The notes beneath the pieces are model-generated. The model was not told the DNA's origin, did not search any database, and saw nothing but the letters and a program-made list of their open reading frames with translations. The position numbers and the translations under genes were made by a program. From NCBI RefSeq assembly GCF_009914755.1, contig NC_060926.1: DNA of 64,000 bases. The stretch is one strand, 5' to 3'. The DNA comes from the human T2T-CHM13v2.0 reference genome, Homo sapiens. Positions 16,726 through 34,502 of the stretch are shown one piece after another (positions within the stretch are counted from its first letter, which is position 1; the number at the start of each line of letters is the position of its first letter).

Positions 16726-17322
16726 CTGTTGTTATTACCACTACCACGGCTGTTCTTATTATCGTGATTATTATGACTCTCAGCATAGCTATAATGCTAT
16801 CCATAGAGACTGTAGAGTTATAATCGTGACTACTAAATTTAAGCAGCATCCTTGCCTGGTGCTGTATCATTTTTGGACACCAGAGATATATTTATTCCTG
16901 TCTCTAGAGAGCGAAAAAGCACCTCTCTGTCAGAATGACTACTTTCTACTTTAAAAATGTTTTTGATGATAACTCTTGATGGCTTTAGATAAAGCCATCC
17001 TTCCAAAAGGCCTGAAGCACTCTCAGATGGCTCCGTTTTGTCAGCCCTTTACTGCTCTGGGATGTGGTCTACCCACTGTTAAGCTAATATTTTTGATCTT
17101 CAATTTGGAACCTTAATTATGCTGTACAGCAGTCGTTGTACGTGGATGCATAAAATTCCCATCAAAAGATATTCAGACACTTTCCAGGCTCAGTGGTACG
17201 CAGGAGATGGAGACACACGTGGAAGGGTGTGCTGGCAGATTCCCGTTGCTCTGAGCTGCGAGGGGGTGGGGCAGGTGCGAGCTAACAGTGGTGGGGCCTC
17301 ATGCTGCTTGTCTACTCCTTAG

Positions 17323-17445
17323 ATGACTATGCTCAGCTGTGTAACATCCCCGTGACGGGACGCCGGCAGCCATATGGACGGGACGCCTTGGTTGACTTCA
17401 GTGAACAGTATACTCCAGAAGCCGATCCCTACTTCATCCAAGACC
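17323..17445 (+). CDS. LTBP1: LTBP1 internal coding exon (third from last; linker after the last TB/8-Cys domain), 123 bp, phase 1-1
   Basis: Acceptor ...ctactccttAG (17321-22) and donor C|GTAAGC (17446). Translates (D)DYAQLCNIPVTGRRQPYGRDALVDFSEQYTPEADPYFIQD(R), recognised as the LTBP1 C-terminal region. Joins in frame to the next exon (C|GT = Arg). Confidence 0.96.
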
Positions 17446-17497
17446 GTAAGCAAAATAACCTTGTTCCTTTGATACTAAGTTGTGGTTGAAGATTAAT

Positions 17498-18076
<579 letters not shown>

Positions 18077-18632
18077 TATCATTATAATTTCTATAACAAA
18101 ATCATTTCTCTTCTCTTTAAGTGGTGGACTAGTTTGAGGGCCAAGGTTTCCATGAGAGCCCAGTTGTATTGCAGCCTTTTTTTCCTACAGGGAAATGCAA
18201 ATGTTAACTGTACAAGTTGATCATTATTATAAGTGTTTTAGAGTAGGAGGTAAGAGAAGAATTGCCCTTTTGGTCAGAAATGACTTTTTAAAATACATTG
18301 GTGAGGGGATTTATGGAGTAAGAAATAATGTGTGCCAACTTTTCCTGGATTAGTGAGCACAGCTTTCATGGGGGAGGTGGGAGTGTGTATCTGCAAATTG
18401 TGATCCCCTTTAGAACGTAAATGTTGTGTGAGGAAGCCTACAAACACACAAGCTCAAATCAGACTTTTCAAATACAGACAATTTGAAGTCTGAAACAGCA
18501 GGAGGTCCACAATGAAATATTAGTAGATAGTAGATAGTCTCACTTCAAGAACGAGAACAGGAAAACGCCCATTTTGAGAGCCTCGTCCACAGCTCACAGA
18601 GGGGCCATCCTCACGTGTAGCTTCACCACAAA

Positions 18633-18926
18633 TTTTTTTTTTTTTGAGATAGGGTCTCGCTCTGTTGCCCAGGCTGGAGTGCAGTGCCATGATCACAGCT
18701 CACTGCAACTCTGCCTCCTGGGCTCAAGCGATCCTCCCACCCCAGTCTCCCGAGAAGCTGGGACTACAGGCACGTGCCACTATGTGCAGCTAATTTTTGT
18801 ATTTTTTCCGTAGAGATGGGGGGTTTCACCATGTTGTCCAGGCTGGTCTCGAACTCCTGGACTCAAGTGATTCATCCGCCTCGGCCTCCCAAAGTGCTTA
18901 TAGGTGTGAGCCACCATGCCTGGCCT
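18633..18926 (-). mobile_element. AluJ
   Basis: Reverse Alu consensus. Confidence 0.93.
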
Positions 18927-19689
18927 GCACCACATTTTTAAGATAGGTAATTGCTGCCGACCGAGGAGTTTGACTTAGGACTTTAGAGAAAAATGCAGTG
19001 AAGCTTTTTTCTGTCCTGGGCCCTGTCACCTGTGCACGAAGCGTCCTAGCCAGGACCCAGTTCTGGGGCAACAGCATGAGATTTCTAGCTGAATTTAGGA
19101 TCTATTTCAGTTCTGCATCAAGAGCTTTTATTTTTTTTTTCCTTCTCTTCTCTTTCTCTTTTCCCTTTCTCTCCCTTCTTCATTCCCTCCTTGTCCTTCC
19201 TTCCCCTCCACCTTTTTTTTTTTGAAGGATGTAGTGTATTGATCATCTGGTAGAATTAAAAATGTTTTAAAATGTCCATGATAAGAACATTCTATTAATC
19301 CAGCTAGGCTGCTTAACACACGCCTGTGTAACTCCCACCCAGGCCAGGAGCAGTGCCAGCCTCCAGAAGGCCCCTGGTGCCTTTTCCCACCCCCCTCCCT
19401 AGGGTAACCACTATCCTGACTCCTAACACCATAGATGAACAACACTCTTTCTTTTCATCCACAGCACATAACCATGCAGCTCTTTATGAAATGGACCAGA
19501 ATGCACTCACAGCTACAAGACTGTGCACTTAGGGTTTGATGCTTCTCTGTATATGTTACGGGTCAGTAAACGTTTACTTAAGAAAAAAGGAAGGGAGAAG
19601 AATTATTAAGGTTGAAAGAAAGCCCAGCTTGCCCCATTAATCAGGAATACCAGGTTAAGTCTATATGCAACTCTGACAATCCCGTGGCT

Positions 19690-19825
19690 TACAGCTTTCC
19701 TCCCTAGACCTCCTCAATAACTCTGTTCTTAGATGTAAGCAAGAGCCTGGGATTATGAAAAGCACTGAAACCTCAGTAACCCCAGGACAAATGGAGAACC
19801 AAAATCCCAGGCACTGATGGGTCCT
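19690..19825 (+). repeat. 136-bp dispersed direct repeat, copy 2
   Basis: Matches 16210-16345 at an offset of 3480 bp. Confidence 0.92.
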
Positions 19826-20282
19826 GAGAGTCTAAAAGTCAGAAGCCTCTATGGCATTATAGTTTGGATTCCAGGAATTTTCATGTTGAAATGTCTGGCT
19901 TATGTACCTTCTTTTTAATGCTGGCATTGCTTTAAAGCTCTTTTTTTAATTAACTACACATGTTAAGAAATAAACATGTTGGTGTCACATCAATCTCTTA
20001 TTTAGCAACATAGGAAATTGAGATGCAGTTCCAAGACCTCCAGCTTGGACGATGTAATGGCCTTTACATTTCTTACAAGTTGCAGAGAAATATTTCCCCC
20101 TTCCCAGCCAGTTTTCTGACCTCCAGCAAGGGCTTTTGGAGCCTGCTGCAAAAATGATTGTGTTGGGTAGATAGTAACATAGACGGAGGCTGAGTGAGGT
20201 TTCTTATCGCCTTTATGGTTCACCATCTCTGTTACCTTTAGGGAGAGCAGTACTTCTAAAACTGGAATTTGCTTGAGCAGAG

Positions 20283-20805
20283 AATAGGCAAACATTTGCC
20301 CTTTATAAGGGCCAGGTAGTATTTTTTTTTTTTTCTTTTTTGAGACAGAGTCTTCCTCTCTTGCATAGGCTGGAGTGCAACGGTGCAATCTTGGCTCACT
20401 GCAACCTCCACTTCCTGGGTTCAAGTGATTGTCCTACCTCAGCCTCCTGAGTAGCCCTGGGATTATAGGCATGCACCACCATGCCCGACTAATTTTTGCA
20501 TTTTTAGTAGAGATGGAGTTTCACCACGTTGGCCAGGGTGGTCTTGAACTCCTAACCTTGTGATCCACCAGCCTTGGCCTTCCAAAGTGCTGGGATTAAA
20601 GGTGTGAGACACCGCACCGAGCCCAGATGGTAAAATTTGTAGGCTTTGCAGGTCATGTGGTTTCTGTTGTAGGTATTCAACTCTACTGTAGTTTCACAAA
20701 AGCAGCCCTAGATAGCACAGCAGCAAATGGGCGTGGCTGGGTTTATTTACAAAAATAGGTAGCAGGCCAGATTTGGACCAGAGACTGTAGTGTCCTGACC
20801 TGTTT
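20283..20805. mobile_element. MER58A-like DNA transposon split by an Alu
   Basis: ggcaaac...aagggccaggtagta, then gtaggctttgcagg...aaagcagcc...ggccagatttgg. Confidence 0.7.
20322..20624 (-). mobile_element. AluS
   Basis: Reverse Alu consensus. Confidence 0.93.
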
Positions 20806-21017
20806 TAGAGTCCTGCAGAAGTATTTTGGGGAGCCTGCCTGATGTGTGGGGAGTTTCAAGTTTTACTTTTTATGTTTTAATTTCTGTAATAATAAAAAAG
20901 GTATTAGATATGAAGTAGAAATCATTTTGCTGTGATACATGGGATCTGAAAATATTGTCGTAGATTAAGTCTTTATTTTGTGTGTTTCTTAACTGGCTTT
21001 GAGTATGTGGTGTCACT

Positions 21018-21120
21018 TTTTTTTTTTTTTAAATTGGGGTCTCACTATATTGCCCAGGCTGGTCTTCACCCCATGAGCTGAGGAGATTCTCCTGCCTCAG
21101 CCTCCTGAGTAGCTGGGACT
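21018..21120 (-). mobile_element. FLAM / Alu monomer
   Basis: Partial reverse Alu monomer. Confidence 0.75.
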
Positions 21121-21174
21121 CTTGTTCTCCTTTAAAGTTTTAAAATGGGCCTGCCATGGATGTATTACTCAATT

Positions 21175-21369
21175 TTTTTTTTATGGTACAAATTTTTTTA
21201 ACTTTTAGGTTCAGGGGTACATATAAAGGTTTGTTACATAGGCAACATGTCATGGGGGTTAGTGGTACAGATTATTACATCACCTAGGTGTGAAGCCCAG
21301 TACCCAATAGTTATTACCTTTTCTGCTTCCCTCCTCCCACCCTCCACTAGTGTCTGTTGTTTCCTTCTT
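21175..21369 (-). mobile_element. Older L1PA 3'UTR (host element, left part)
   Basis: aacttttaggttcaggggtacat...gtttgttacatagg; continues at 22991. Confidence 0.8.
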
Positions 21370-21425
21370 CTTCTTTTTTTTTTTTTTTTTTTTTTTTTGT
21401 GGTATTTGGTTATATGAGTAAGTTC

Positions 21426-23200
<1,775 letters not shown>

Positions 23201-24305
23201 CCCCCAAACTTATGCCAAATCTCATTTAATCTTTACAAGGTAGAAAAGTGTTCATTCATTACAAAATACTTCTACTGAGTGCAGACATTGTGTTCAATGT
23301 TGGGTATGCCATTCTACATAGCATCGTTTCTCTATTTTTAAATGAGGAACCTGGTTTCAACAAAATCAAGTGACTTGGCCAGGGTCACAGGCATGAGCAG
23401 AAGACCGAGTTCCTCTGATTCAAATCCCATGGTTCATTTCCACAAAATAAACCTATAACTGAGTGGGGCTTTAGAGATCCTAAAATTCAGTGCTTTTACT
23501 TCATACGTGAGAAAAATAAGCTTTCTGCCCAAGTTTACAAGGTACACATAGGGAAATGGGAATGGGAACTCAAGTCCCCCAATACCAGTGTATTGTTCTT
23601 ACCCAAACAGATAATTTAAGATTCACTTATTGTATATTTTTCGGTCATCTCTAAAACCCACTTTCTTCTCTGAAGGGCATGCTCTAAAGTTTCTTCTTCA
23701 CCTATCTCCCCTCAGGGCACCTAATCTTAGAATGTAAGAGAAACTCTGACCAAATTTGTCTTCATGTTGACCTCAGGCACTTTAGTCATTGTTGAAACTT
23801 CTTTTTTGTTGTAGTTAAGAGAAGTAACAAGTAAGTCTTTATTTCCTTGTTTAGAAAAAAAAAAAAAAAAGCTGGCTAAGTTGGTTGCTTTTTGGTGATC
23901 AAGGAGACCAAACTCCATATCCTTGTCCAATTCCTCCAAGTTAGACCTTATTGCCCTCCATAAGCAATGATATTTTGCTGCCTGCTGCCCCCTGCAGTTC
24001 CACTGGAGAATTACTTCAAAGGCCAGATAGAAAGTTCTAGCCATATTTTTTTTTTTTTTTTGAAGCTACTTTGTGGTACTATTGGGAAGAGACAGGAGAT
24101 GAGAGGCCACATGACAGTGTGTTGGGTCACTGTGGATTTATGTTTAGAACTTTCCTCTGCAAAATGAGAGCTAAACACTCTTGATGCCTGGCTAAATTGT
24201 TTTTACATCACAAAAACTCTAAAGTCTAGCCCTGACTTGGTTTCAAGAGATCTAAACTATAAAAAGAGCCAAACAAGAGTTTCTTTGTTTCCTTAAAAAA
24301 AAACT

Positions 24306-24650
<345 letters not shown>

Positions 24651-25272
24651 GACTTTGGGTTTTCTAAACACAAGTATGATGTTCTTTCTCATTCATCAGG
24701 ATGTTTTGAGGCCCTTTTACTGAATTTTTCCTTTGATCCCCTGGGAGCCCTTTTGTAAGGCTCATTCCGTAGCCAGAGCAAACAAACACATGGCAGAGCC
24801 AGCCTGCTTCTCTCTGGTCTTACAAACGCCGGCTGAAAACGTATTGCCTCACACTCTTACGGACCTTCTTAGCAAATGCTTACTAGACTCCGATAGTGAA
24901 TTCTGTTGGTTCTGTTCTGAGAGTCTGACACTTGCCCTACTGCAAACTCACGAAGTTTGGAACTTTGGATGAACACTTTTAATAATTAAGAGCAAAAACA
25001 AAAACCATACTTGCTTTCTCGTTTTATGTGATTTTAACATAGAATATCAGAATTCAAAATGAGGCTACTCTGCACAAAATATACAAGTTTTTTATTTTTA
25101 TGCTATTTTACACAGCAACATTCAGTATTTCTAATGCTAACTTTAAGATGTCTGAAATATGTATGGACATATATGTGTCTATTTGGAAAATGAACCATCA
25201 TCTAAATATCATTTACAAAATGATATAGGAAGTTGAGAAGCTCTAACTTAGCTTCTGCCCTTTCCTTTCCAG

Positions 25273-25422
25273 GTTTTCTAAATAGCTTTGAGGAGTTACA
25301 GGCTGAGGAATGCGGCATCCTCAATGGATGTGAAAATGGTCGCTGTGTGAGGGTCCAGGAAGGTTACACCTGCGATTGCTTTGATGGGTATCACTTGGAT
25401 ACGGCCAAGATGACCTGTGTCG
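25273..25422 (+). CDS. LTBP1: LTBP1 penultimate exon, EGF-like domain, 150 bp
   Basis: Polypyrimidine acceptor tttcctttccAG (25271-72) and donor G|GTAAGA (25423). Translates (R)[49 protein letters not shown](D) with 6-Cys EGF spacing. Confidence 0.97.
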
Positions 25423-25504
25423 GTAAGAATGACGTGTGTTTTATGGGACATTAATTTTTTCCTGACACCCCGTATCTCAGTCAGTAGAGAACATTTAAGA
25501 TAGA

Positions 25505-25645
25505 TTTGCTGAGTTTCAGTCTGAGAAGATGAGAAAAGTTCTGGAGACGTACATTAAGTACAGTATGAATATACTTAATGCCACTGGACTATATACTTAA
25601 AAATGGTTAAAATGGTAAATATGTTCTGTGTATTTTACCACAATT
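25505..25645 (+). mobile_element. L1MB-type 3'-end fragment
   Basis: gaagatgagaaaagttctggaga...cttaaaaatggttaaaatggtaaat...ttttaccacaat. Confidence 0.75.
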
Positions 25646-25646
25646 C

Positions 25647-26005
<359 letters not shown>

Positions 26006-26504
26006 TTAGTTTTAATCCATGGTGTGTCTGTAAAATAGGTAACCTAGCTTCTTAACAGATGTTTCAAGTGAGTGAGAGCCTAAATGGGTCTCATGTAGAA
26101 GGAGGTCTGTGAATGTTATGGAAGGCTTTAGACAGGCTGTATGGAGAGGCCTCTGCGTAGGTATCTGGTTCCTCTTGACAAATCTAGCAGTTCCTCCATA
26201 CCTATGGGAAGGAATTTGGAAGTAATATAGTTCCTGCAACTTCCTTGAGGTTCTACTAGAAAATGTCAAGCTCACAAAATGCTCATGTTTTGCTAGATAA
26301 CAGTGAAAGAAGTTCTAGAACCTCCCTGATAATCTGCCTCTTTAAGATCTCAAAAAAGTCACCTTCGTCTTGTCTGTGATTGAAGCAATGACGAGAAAGC
26401 TTCCTTGGGGTGGTCGGGGGAAGGGCCTCAGGTAAGCCTCAGGTTATGTGTCCTCACAGAGCAATATCCAAGATTGTTTACCTGCATGGCTTGACTTATT
26501 GCAG

Positions 26505-26686
26505 ATGTAAATGAATGCGATGAGTTGAACAACCGGATGTCTCTCTGCAAGAATGCCAAGTGCATTAACACCGATGGTTCCTACAAGTGTTTGTGTCTGC
26601 CAGGCTACGTGCCTTCTGACAAGCCAAACTACTGCACTCCGTTGAATACCGCCTTGAATTTAGAGAAAGACAGTGACCTGGAGTGA
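26505..26686 (+). CDS. LTBP1: LTBP1 last exon coding part, calcium-binding EGF domain and stop
   Basis: Acceptor ttattgcAG (26503-04). Translates (D)VNECDELNNRMSLCKNAKCINTDGSYKCLCLPGYVPSDKPNYCTPLNTALNLEKDSDLE, TGA at 26684-26686. Carries the cbEGF consensus DxNEC...CxNxxGSYxC. Not present in the supplied ORF track. Confidence 0.97.
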
Positions 26687-27477
26687 AACAGAATCTACAT
26701 AACCTAAGCCCATATACTCTGCACTGTGTAAAGGAAAAGGGAGAAATGTATTATACTTGAGACATTGCACCTACCCCGGAAGGCTGGAAATACGGAAACA
26801 GCATGGAGTTGCAAGTCCTCTGAAGACAATGAGAGGATTTAGGATGAGCCCGATAGGTGTGGCAGACCAAATGGACATTTCTCTAAAAAACCAGTATATA
26901 TAGTCTGTTCATATGTAAAATTCAATGGAAGAGAGGTGGAACAGTGCTGTTATTTTAAACAGAAGGTTGTATTATTATGTTGTTTTGTTTTTTTACTATT
27001 GCTTGATTAAATTTGGCATTTAAATAGTGGTGGAAATATTTTATATAATTTTCATTTTTTGGTTGTGCAGTTCCTTGGCTACTGTTTTTCTTTTACTTCA
27101 GTTTTTTAAAAATCTCAAATGAAAAAGTCTTCGATACAATATTGTTAAGCTGTATTATAAGTATTGTTACACAGGGTTATGCAATTCCCGGCCTGGAGCA
27201 TTTTTGAAATTCAAATTGTCTGTCCTGTGGAGCAGGCAGTGATTTTGTTCCAAAACTTTGTATACACATTTGGAGAAAAGTACTTTATATTTTCAGTGTT
27301 TTGTCTGATTTTAATGTCCGTTCTTAGCCAAGCTGCTAGCAGGTGTTAATTGGATCCCTTTCCTTCACTGAAATGGAAGAGTTTATAAGCTTACGTTAGT
27401 ATTGTAATATGTAAAGTAAGCCCAACAAAAATTTTTAAAAATTTGATGATCCCCAATATATCTACCATTGTATGTTA

Positions 27478-27483
27478 AATAAA
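27478..27483 (+). terminator. Proximal poly(A) signal AATAAA
   Basis: Canonical hexamer with TGTA just upstream and a T-rich tract downstream. Confidence 0.7.
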
Positions 27484-27618
27484 TCACCATTTTTGTAGAA
27501 AAAATTCTACCTGAGAGTAATTGTCAATGAGTACATGTGTATAAGTTGTATCCCACTCTCCCCACTTTTATCTTTTCCAGTGGTCTTCTGTTAATGTAGT
27601 GTCTTTTACAAGTTAATC

Positions 27619-27624
27619 ATTAAA
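27619..27624 (+). terminator. Distal poly(A) signal ATTAAA
   Basis: Variant hexamer preceded by TGTA and followed by GT-rich sequence, at the end of unique UTR sequence. Confidence 0.7.
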
Positions 27625-27636
27625 TTTGTTAGATCT

Positions 27637-28705
27637 TGTTATGGGCTAAATTGTTTCCCCTAACATTCATATGTGGGAATTTTAACCTCTGATACTTCAG
27701 AAAGTGACTAGATTTGGAGATGGGATCTTTAATGAGGTAATTAAGGATAATGAGGTCATTGGAATGGCCCTAATCCAGTATGACTGCTGTCCTTGTGTCA
27801 CCCATAGAAGGTGTCTGAGTTACCGGTGACGAATCCATATAGGTCTGCAGCAACCTCAGTTCTTGCCTCCTCAGAAGAATTTGACTGAGGGGTATAAGGC
27901 AGAAAAAGAGACCAGGCAAGTTTCAGAGCAGAAATGGAAGTTGATTTAAAAAGGCTTTAGAGCAGGAAGGAAAGGAAAGTTCACTTGGAAGAGACCCAAG
28001 TGGGCACCTGAAGGCCAAGTGCAGTGTTTAACCTTGACCTAGCTAGGATTTTACAGGCTGGCCCCTTTCCATGCTTCTTCCCTTAGGGTGGGCTGCCGGC
28101 ACACACAGCACCCTCCTTACACTTGGGAAGTGAGCACACACAGTGTTGAGGAAGCTGTACATATGCCCATCTGAGGCTTTCTTCCCTTTCCTGGTGGTGT
28201 GCCCCTGGAAGGTTGTACTCCACCATTTTGTCCTTAATGTGCATGCCCAGGAAGTTGCATCTCTTTGGCACCTGCATTTAATTAACACTTAAGTGCAGCA
28301 GGTGTGGGCCATCAGGAAATGCCCACCCCCCCCCCCCCCCCCCCCCGGGCCTTGGCTGCCAGTTGATCACTTTTAGAGAGGCAATGTGGTCACTGCTGAA
28401 CCACCACCTGACATTCCTAGTGGGTGGGGGAAGAACCCTCTCCTGCCCCGCTTATGCTTGTCTAACTACCTGTAACACTTACAAGAAGAGATTAGGACAC
28501 AGATACACAGGAAAGAAGTGAAGACACAGGGAGACAATGGCCATCTACAAGCCAAGGAGACAGGCCCCAGAACAAATCAACCCTGCGGAAACTTTGAACT
28601 CCAACCAACGGCTAGACTCCAGATTTGACAGAAAATAAATTTCTGTTGTTTAAGCCGCCCAGTTTTTGGTACTTTGTTATGGCAGCCCTAGCAAACTAAA
28701 ATACA
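27637..28705 (+). mobile_element. MLT1B-like MaLR LTR interrupted by an ERV1 LTR
   Basis: tgttatgggctaaattg...ccagtatgactgctgtcctt, then caagaagagattaggacac...aataaatttctgttgtttaagcc...ctagcaaactaaaataca. Confidence 0.85.
27796..28477 (-). mobile_element. ERV1 (MER4-group, MER50-like) solo LTR
   Basis: TGT...ACA termini, 4-bp TSD cttg/ctta, motif ggtctgcagcaacctcagttcttgcctcctcagaag. Subfamily from recall. Confidence 0.75.
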
Positions 28706-28856
28706 CATCACAGGAAAAATGAATATAATAGCTTTCACAGTTCCAGTCCCTGCTTATACAACCACAGTAATGCCATTGTTTCATTGTTTCATACTTTAGC
28801 TGAAATTCACTTTAACTTGAAAAAGCGTCTGAGTTTTTAAAAACAAACTATCGCTA

Positions 28857-29250
<394 letters not shown>

Positions 29251-29251
29251 C

Positions 29252-29782
<531 letters not shown>

Positions 29783-30148
29783 GTCTCAAAGCTTCATATC
29801 TTACCTGTCTCTTGCAACATCTTGTAGCTGATGTTTGTATAGGGGAAATGTGTGACCAGTTTCCAGCTGTTTCCACTTTCCAGCATGTGCTTTTAATGCA
29901 TTTTCGTAGTGCCTTCCACGTCTAGACCTTGTTTTTACCTAGTGGTGTGCAAGTCCCAAAAAAGTACAGCAAGTGTCTAAAACTGTACAGAAGACAGCCA
30001 CGTATGTGTGAGAAAAACAAATAGGGAAGAGAAGATACTATTGCACACAAAGCAACTTTGATACTAAGAGATGCTTTAAGCATCTTACAGTCTAACATGA
30101 TAGTTTTATTGCATTTCCATTGTCTTTGTAGGAAATTAAGGGATTTGA

Positions 30149-30590
<442 letters not shown>

Positions 30591-31151
30591 TAGCTTTAAA
30601 TGTGACTATTTTTAAGTAAGTTTTGTTGCATAAAGTTTGTTTCACAACCCTAGAAAAACGGTTTTCTTTTTGTGGTATCTAAGATTCTTTTAGCTCCTTT
30701 CAGAAGTTACTGCAATTTTAGGCTTAATGTCAGTGGCCTTCACACGAGGTCTAGGATTCTGTGACAGTGGTCCTAATTCATTGGTCATGAAGAGACAGGC
30801 ACATGGTAAGATGTAGTCTAGTCATTCATTTGACATGTATTTTCCAGCTGCATTTAAGCATCTTATACCCAATTAAGAACCATTTCTCTTCTTCTGCACG
30901 CCCATGGAACTGGTCTCCATACTGTAAAATACTATCAGTAATATTTTATTCATTTGTCATAAAATCAAATGTCATTCCAAAAAAACTAAATCTGGCCATC
31001 TAATTTAAACCTATATAGTTTGAAGTTATGTTCTTGAAATTTGCCATGCTAGTTGAAATGAGCAGCAAGTACTAATCTAGCAAAATAAACCCTTAAATAT
31101 ATCAAAGTTCTTTTGTACAACTTCATGTTTCTATTTGAAAAGTTTATAGAG

Positions 31152-31462
<311 letters not shown>

Positions 31463-31656
31463 TCATAATTTAGCTTTAGTGTTTTCACACAGAGACTTTC
31501 TTACTCTAAAATTGTACTTTAATTCTGGTAAATCTTAATGACTCCATGTTGCCAGAAATAGGTATAAGAAATGAGGCTCATGAATATTTCATTTGAGTCA
31601 CCAGCCTTAGTTAACATATATGTCAGTGTTTCATGTACTACTTTGTGGAGGCAACC

Positions 31657-32433
<777 letters not shown>

Positions 32434-32822
32434 AGACCATAACCATAGATTTATGAATTGTTCTAATTACTTGCAGCACTAAAATTCTATGTTGCTAATA
32501 CTCTCCAAATTTCAAAGAAGAGTGACTTAAATATGTCCTATAGCACCTATTATTTGCTGCTGAAATCTTTGGCAAGAAGAAGAAGAAAATAGAGATGGTT
32601 GCCAAAGCCAATATCAAAGTGATGGGTAATTGCAATTATGAGAAAAAGGGAATAGGGAAGGCATCATCTGCAAAGTGCAGCGATAAATCACATTCTGATA
32701 AGACAGAAGACAGTTCTCAGGGAAAAAAAGCTCCCCGAGTTAGGATAAAACATTTACAATCATTACAGGAATGTGAGGGTCCTCGGGCTTTCACTTGAAG
32801 GCTTTCACTGCCTTTAAGATTA

Positions 32823-33137
<315 letters not shown>

Positions 33138-34150
33138 AGTATGGGTTGGCCATTACCAAAAGAAGAGGTGAGAATGTTTGGGGAACTTCAGGCCCAGTAA
33201 AATCAGTGTGGCTAGAGCAGAAAGAGAACCCAGCGGGAGTGGTAGGTTATGCTCTCAAAGAAGCCTTAACATGTGATGTTTATGGGCCAGGGTAAAGTTT
33301 TCCTTCCTACTAAGATGTCTTTAAAGTTCTCCCTCAACCTTTAGTCATCTCAACTTTTTCAGCCCCATTCCCAGACATTTCTTTGAATGATGAATATTTT
33401 TTCTACTATCAGTAAGCAAACTTCTCTCTTCCTCTCCGTAGGAATTGTCCTCCCTGGTTCCTTCCCTTGTGACGTTAATAGTTCTCTGCAGGTTACCTTA
33501 AACTATAAAAATCTCAGACCCTTCTAAGGCACATACAGAACAGGATGTCATGTTGCTCCTAAGCCCCACCTGGAATGTCCTGCTCTTGGAAGAAAAAACA
33601 GCCCTTTTCCTCTCACCATTTGCAGAGGCCCAAAGAGCAAAAGCAAAAAAGGATAATGAGATGCTCCTAAGGAAATGGCAAGCGGCTGGGCTTTGGGGAA
33701 CATGCCCAGCTGGGTTCAATTTCAGCATCTTTCCTTTAAAACCAAGAAGTTCCTAGCACGTGGGTTCCTGGGGGCGTTGCATACTCAGCAAGCTGCGCAG
33801 CCTCTCAAGGATAGAGAGGGAACAGAGAAGAAAGAGGCTGAAAGGGGAAAATGGTTCGTACAGAACTTTCCCACGTAAGAGAACTGGGTAGGCACTAATT
33901 AGCCTCTGCTAAGATTTTAATAGTGAAAAGGAGTTGCTGTTATTTCATTTATTCTATAAGCATTTGTTAAATGCTTATTTTGTACCAGGCGTTGTGCCAG
34001 CCCTGGGAATATGGAAATGAATAACTAGTCATCTTTGACCCCATAGCTAGCTCAGAAGACAGATGGGACTAACCACAAGGCAATGAGGTAAGTATAGTAA
34101 TTAATAGAACCTAGAATTCAGTGTTATGGAAACAAAGCAGAACCAACTGA

Positions 34151-34502
<352 letters not shown>

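Larger units (their letters stand above)
26687..27642 (+). other. LTBP1: LTBP1 3'UTR (end approximate)
   Basis: Repeat-free, U-rich sequence after the stop codon, ending past two poly(A) hexamers where LTR sequence begins. Confidence 0.85.

Noticed and set aside
17301-17489. ORF-track boundaries 17301-17489 and 25233-25454 as complete genes
   Set aside because: Only the spliced exon portions are coding; the flanks are intronic read-through.
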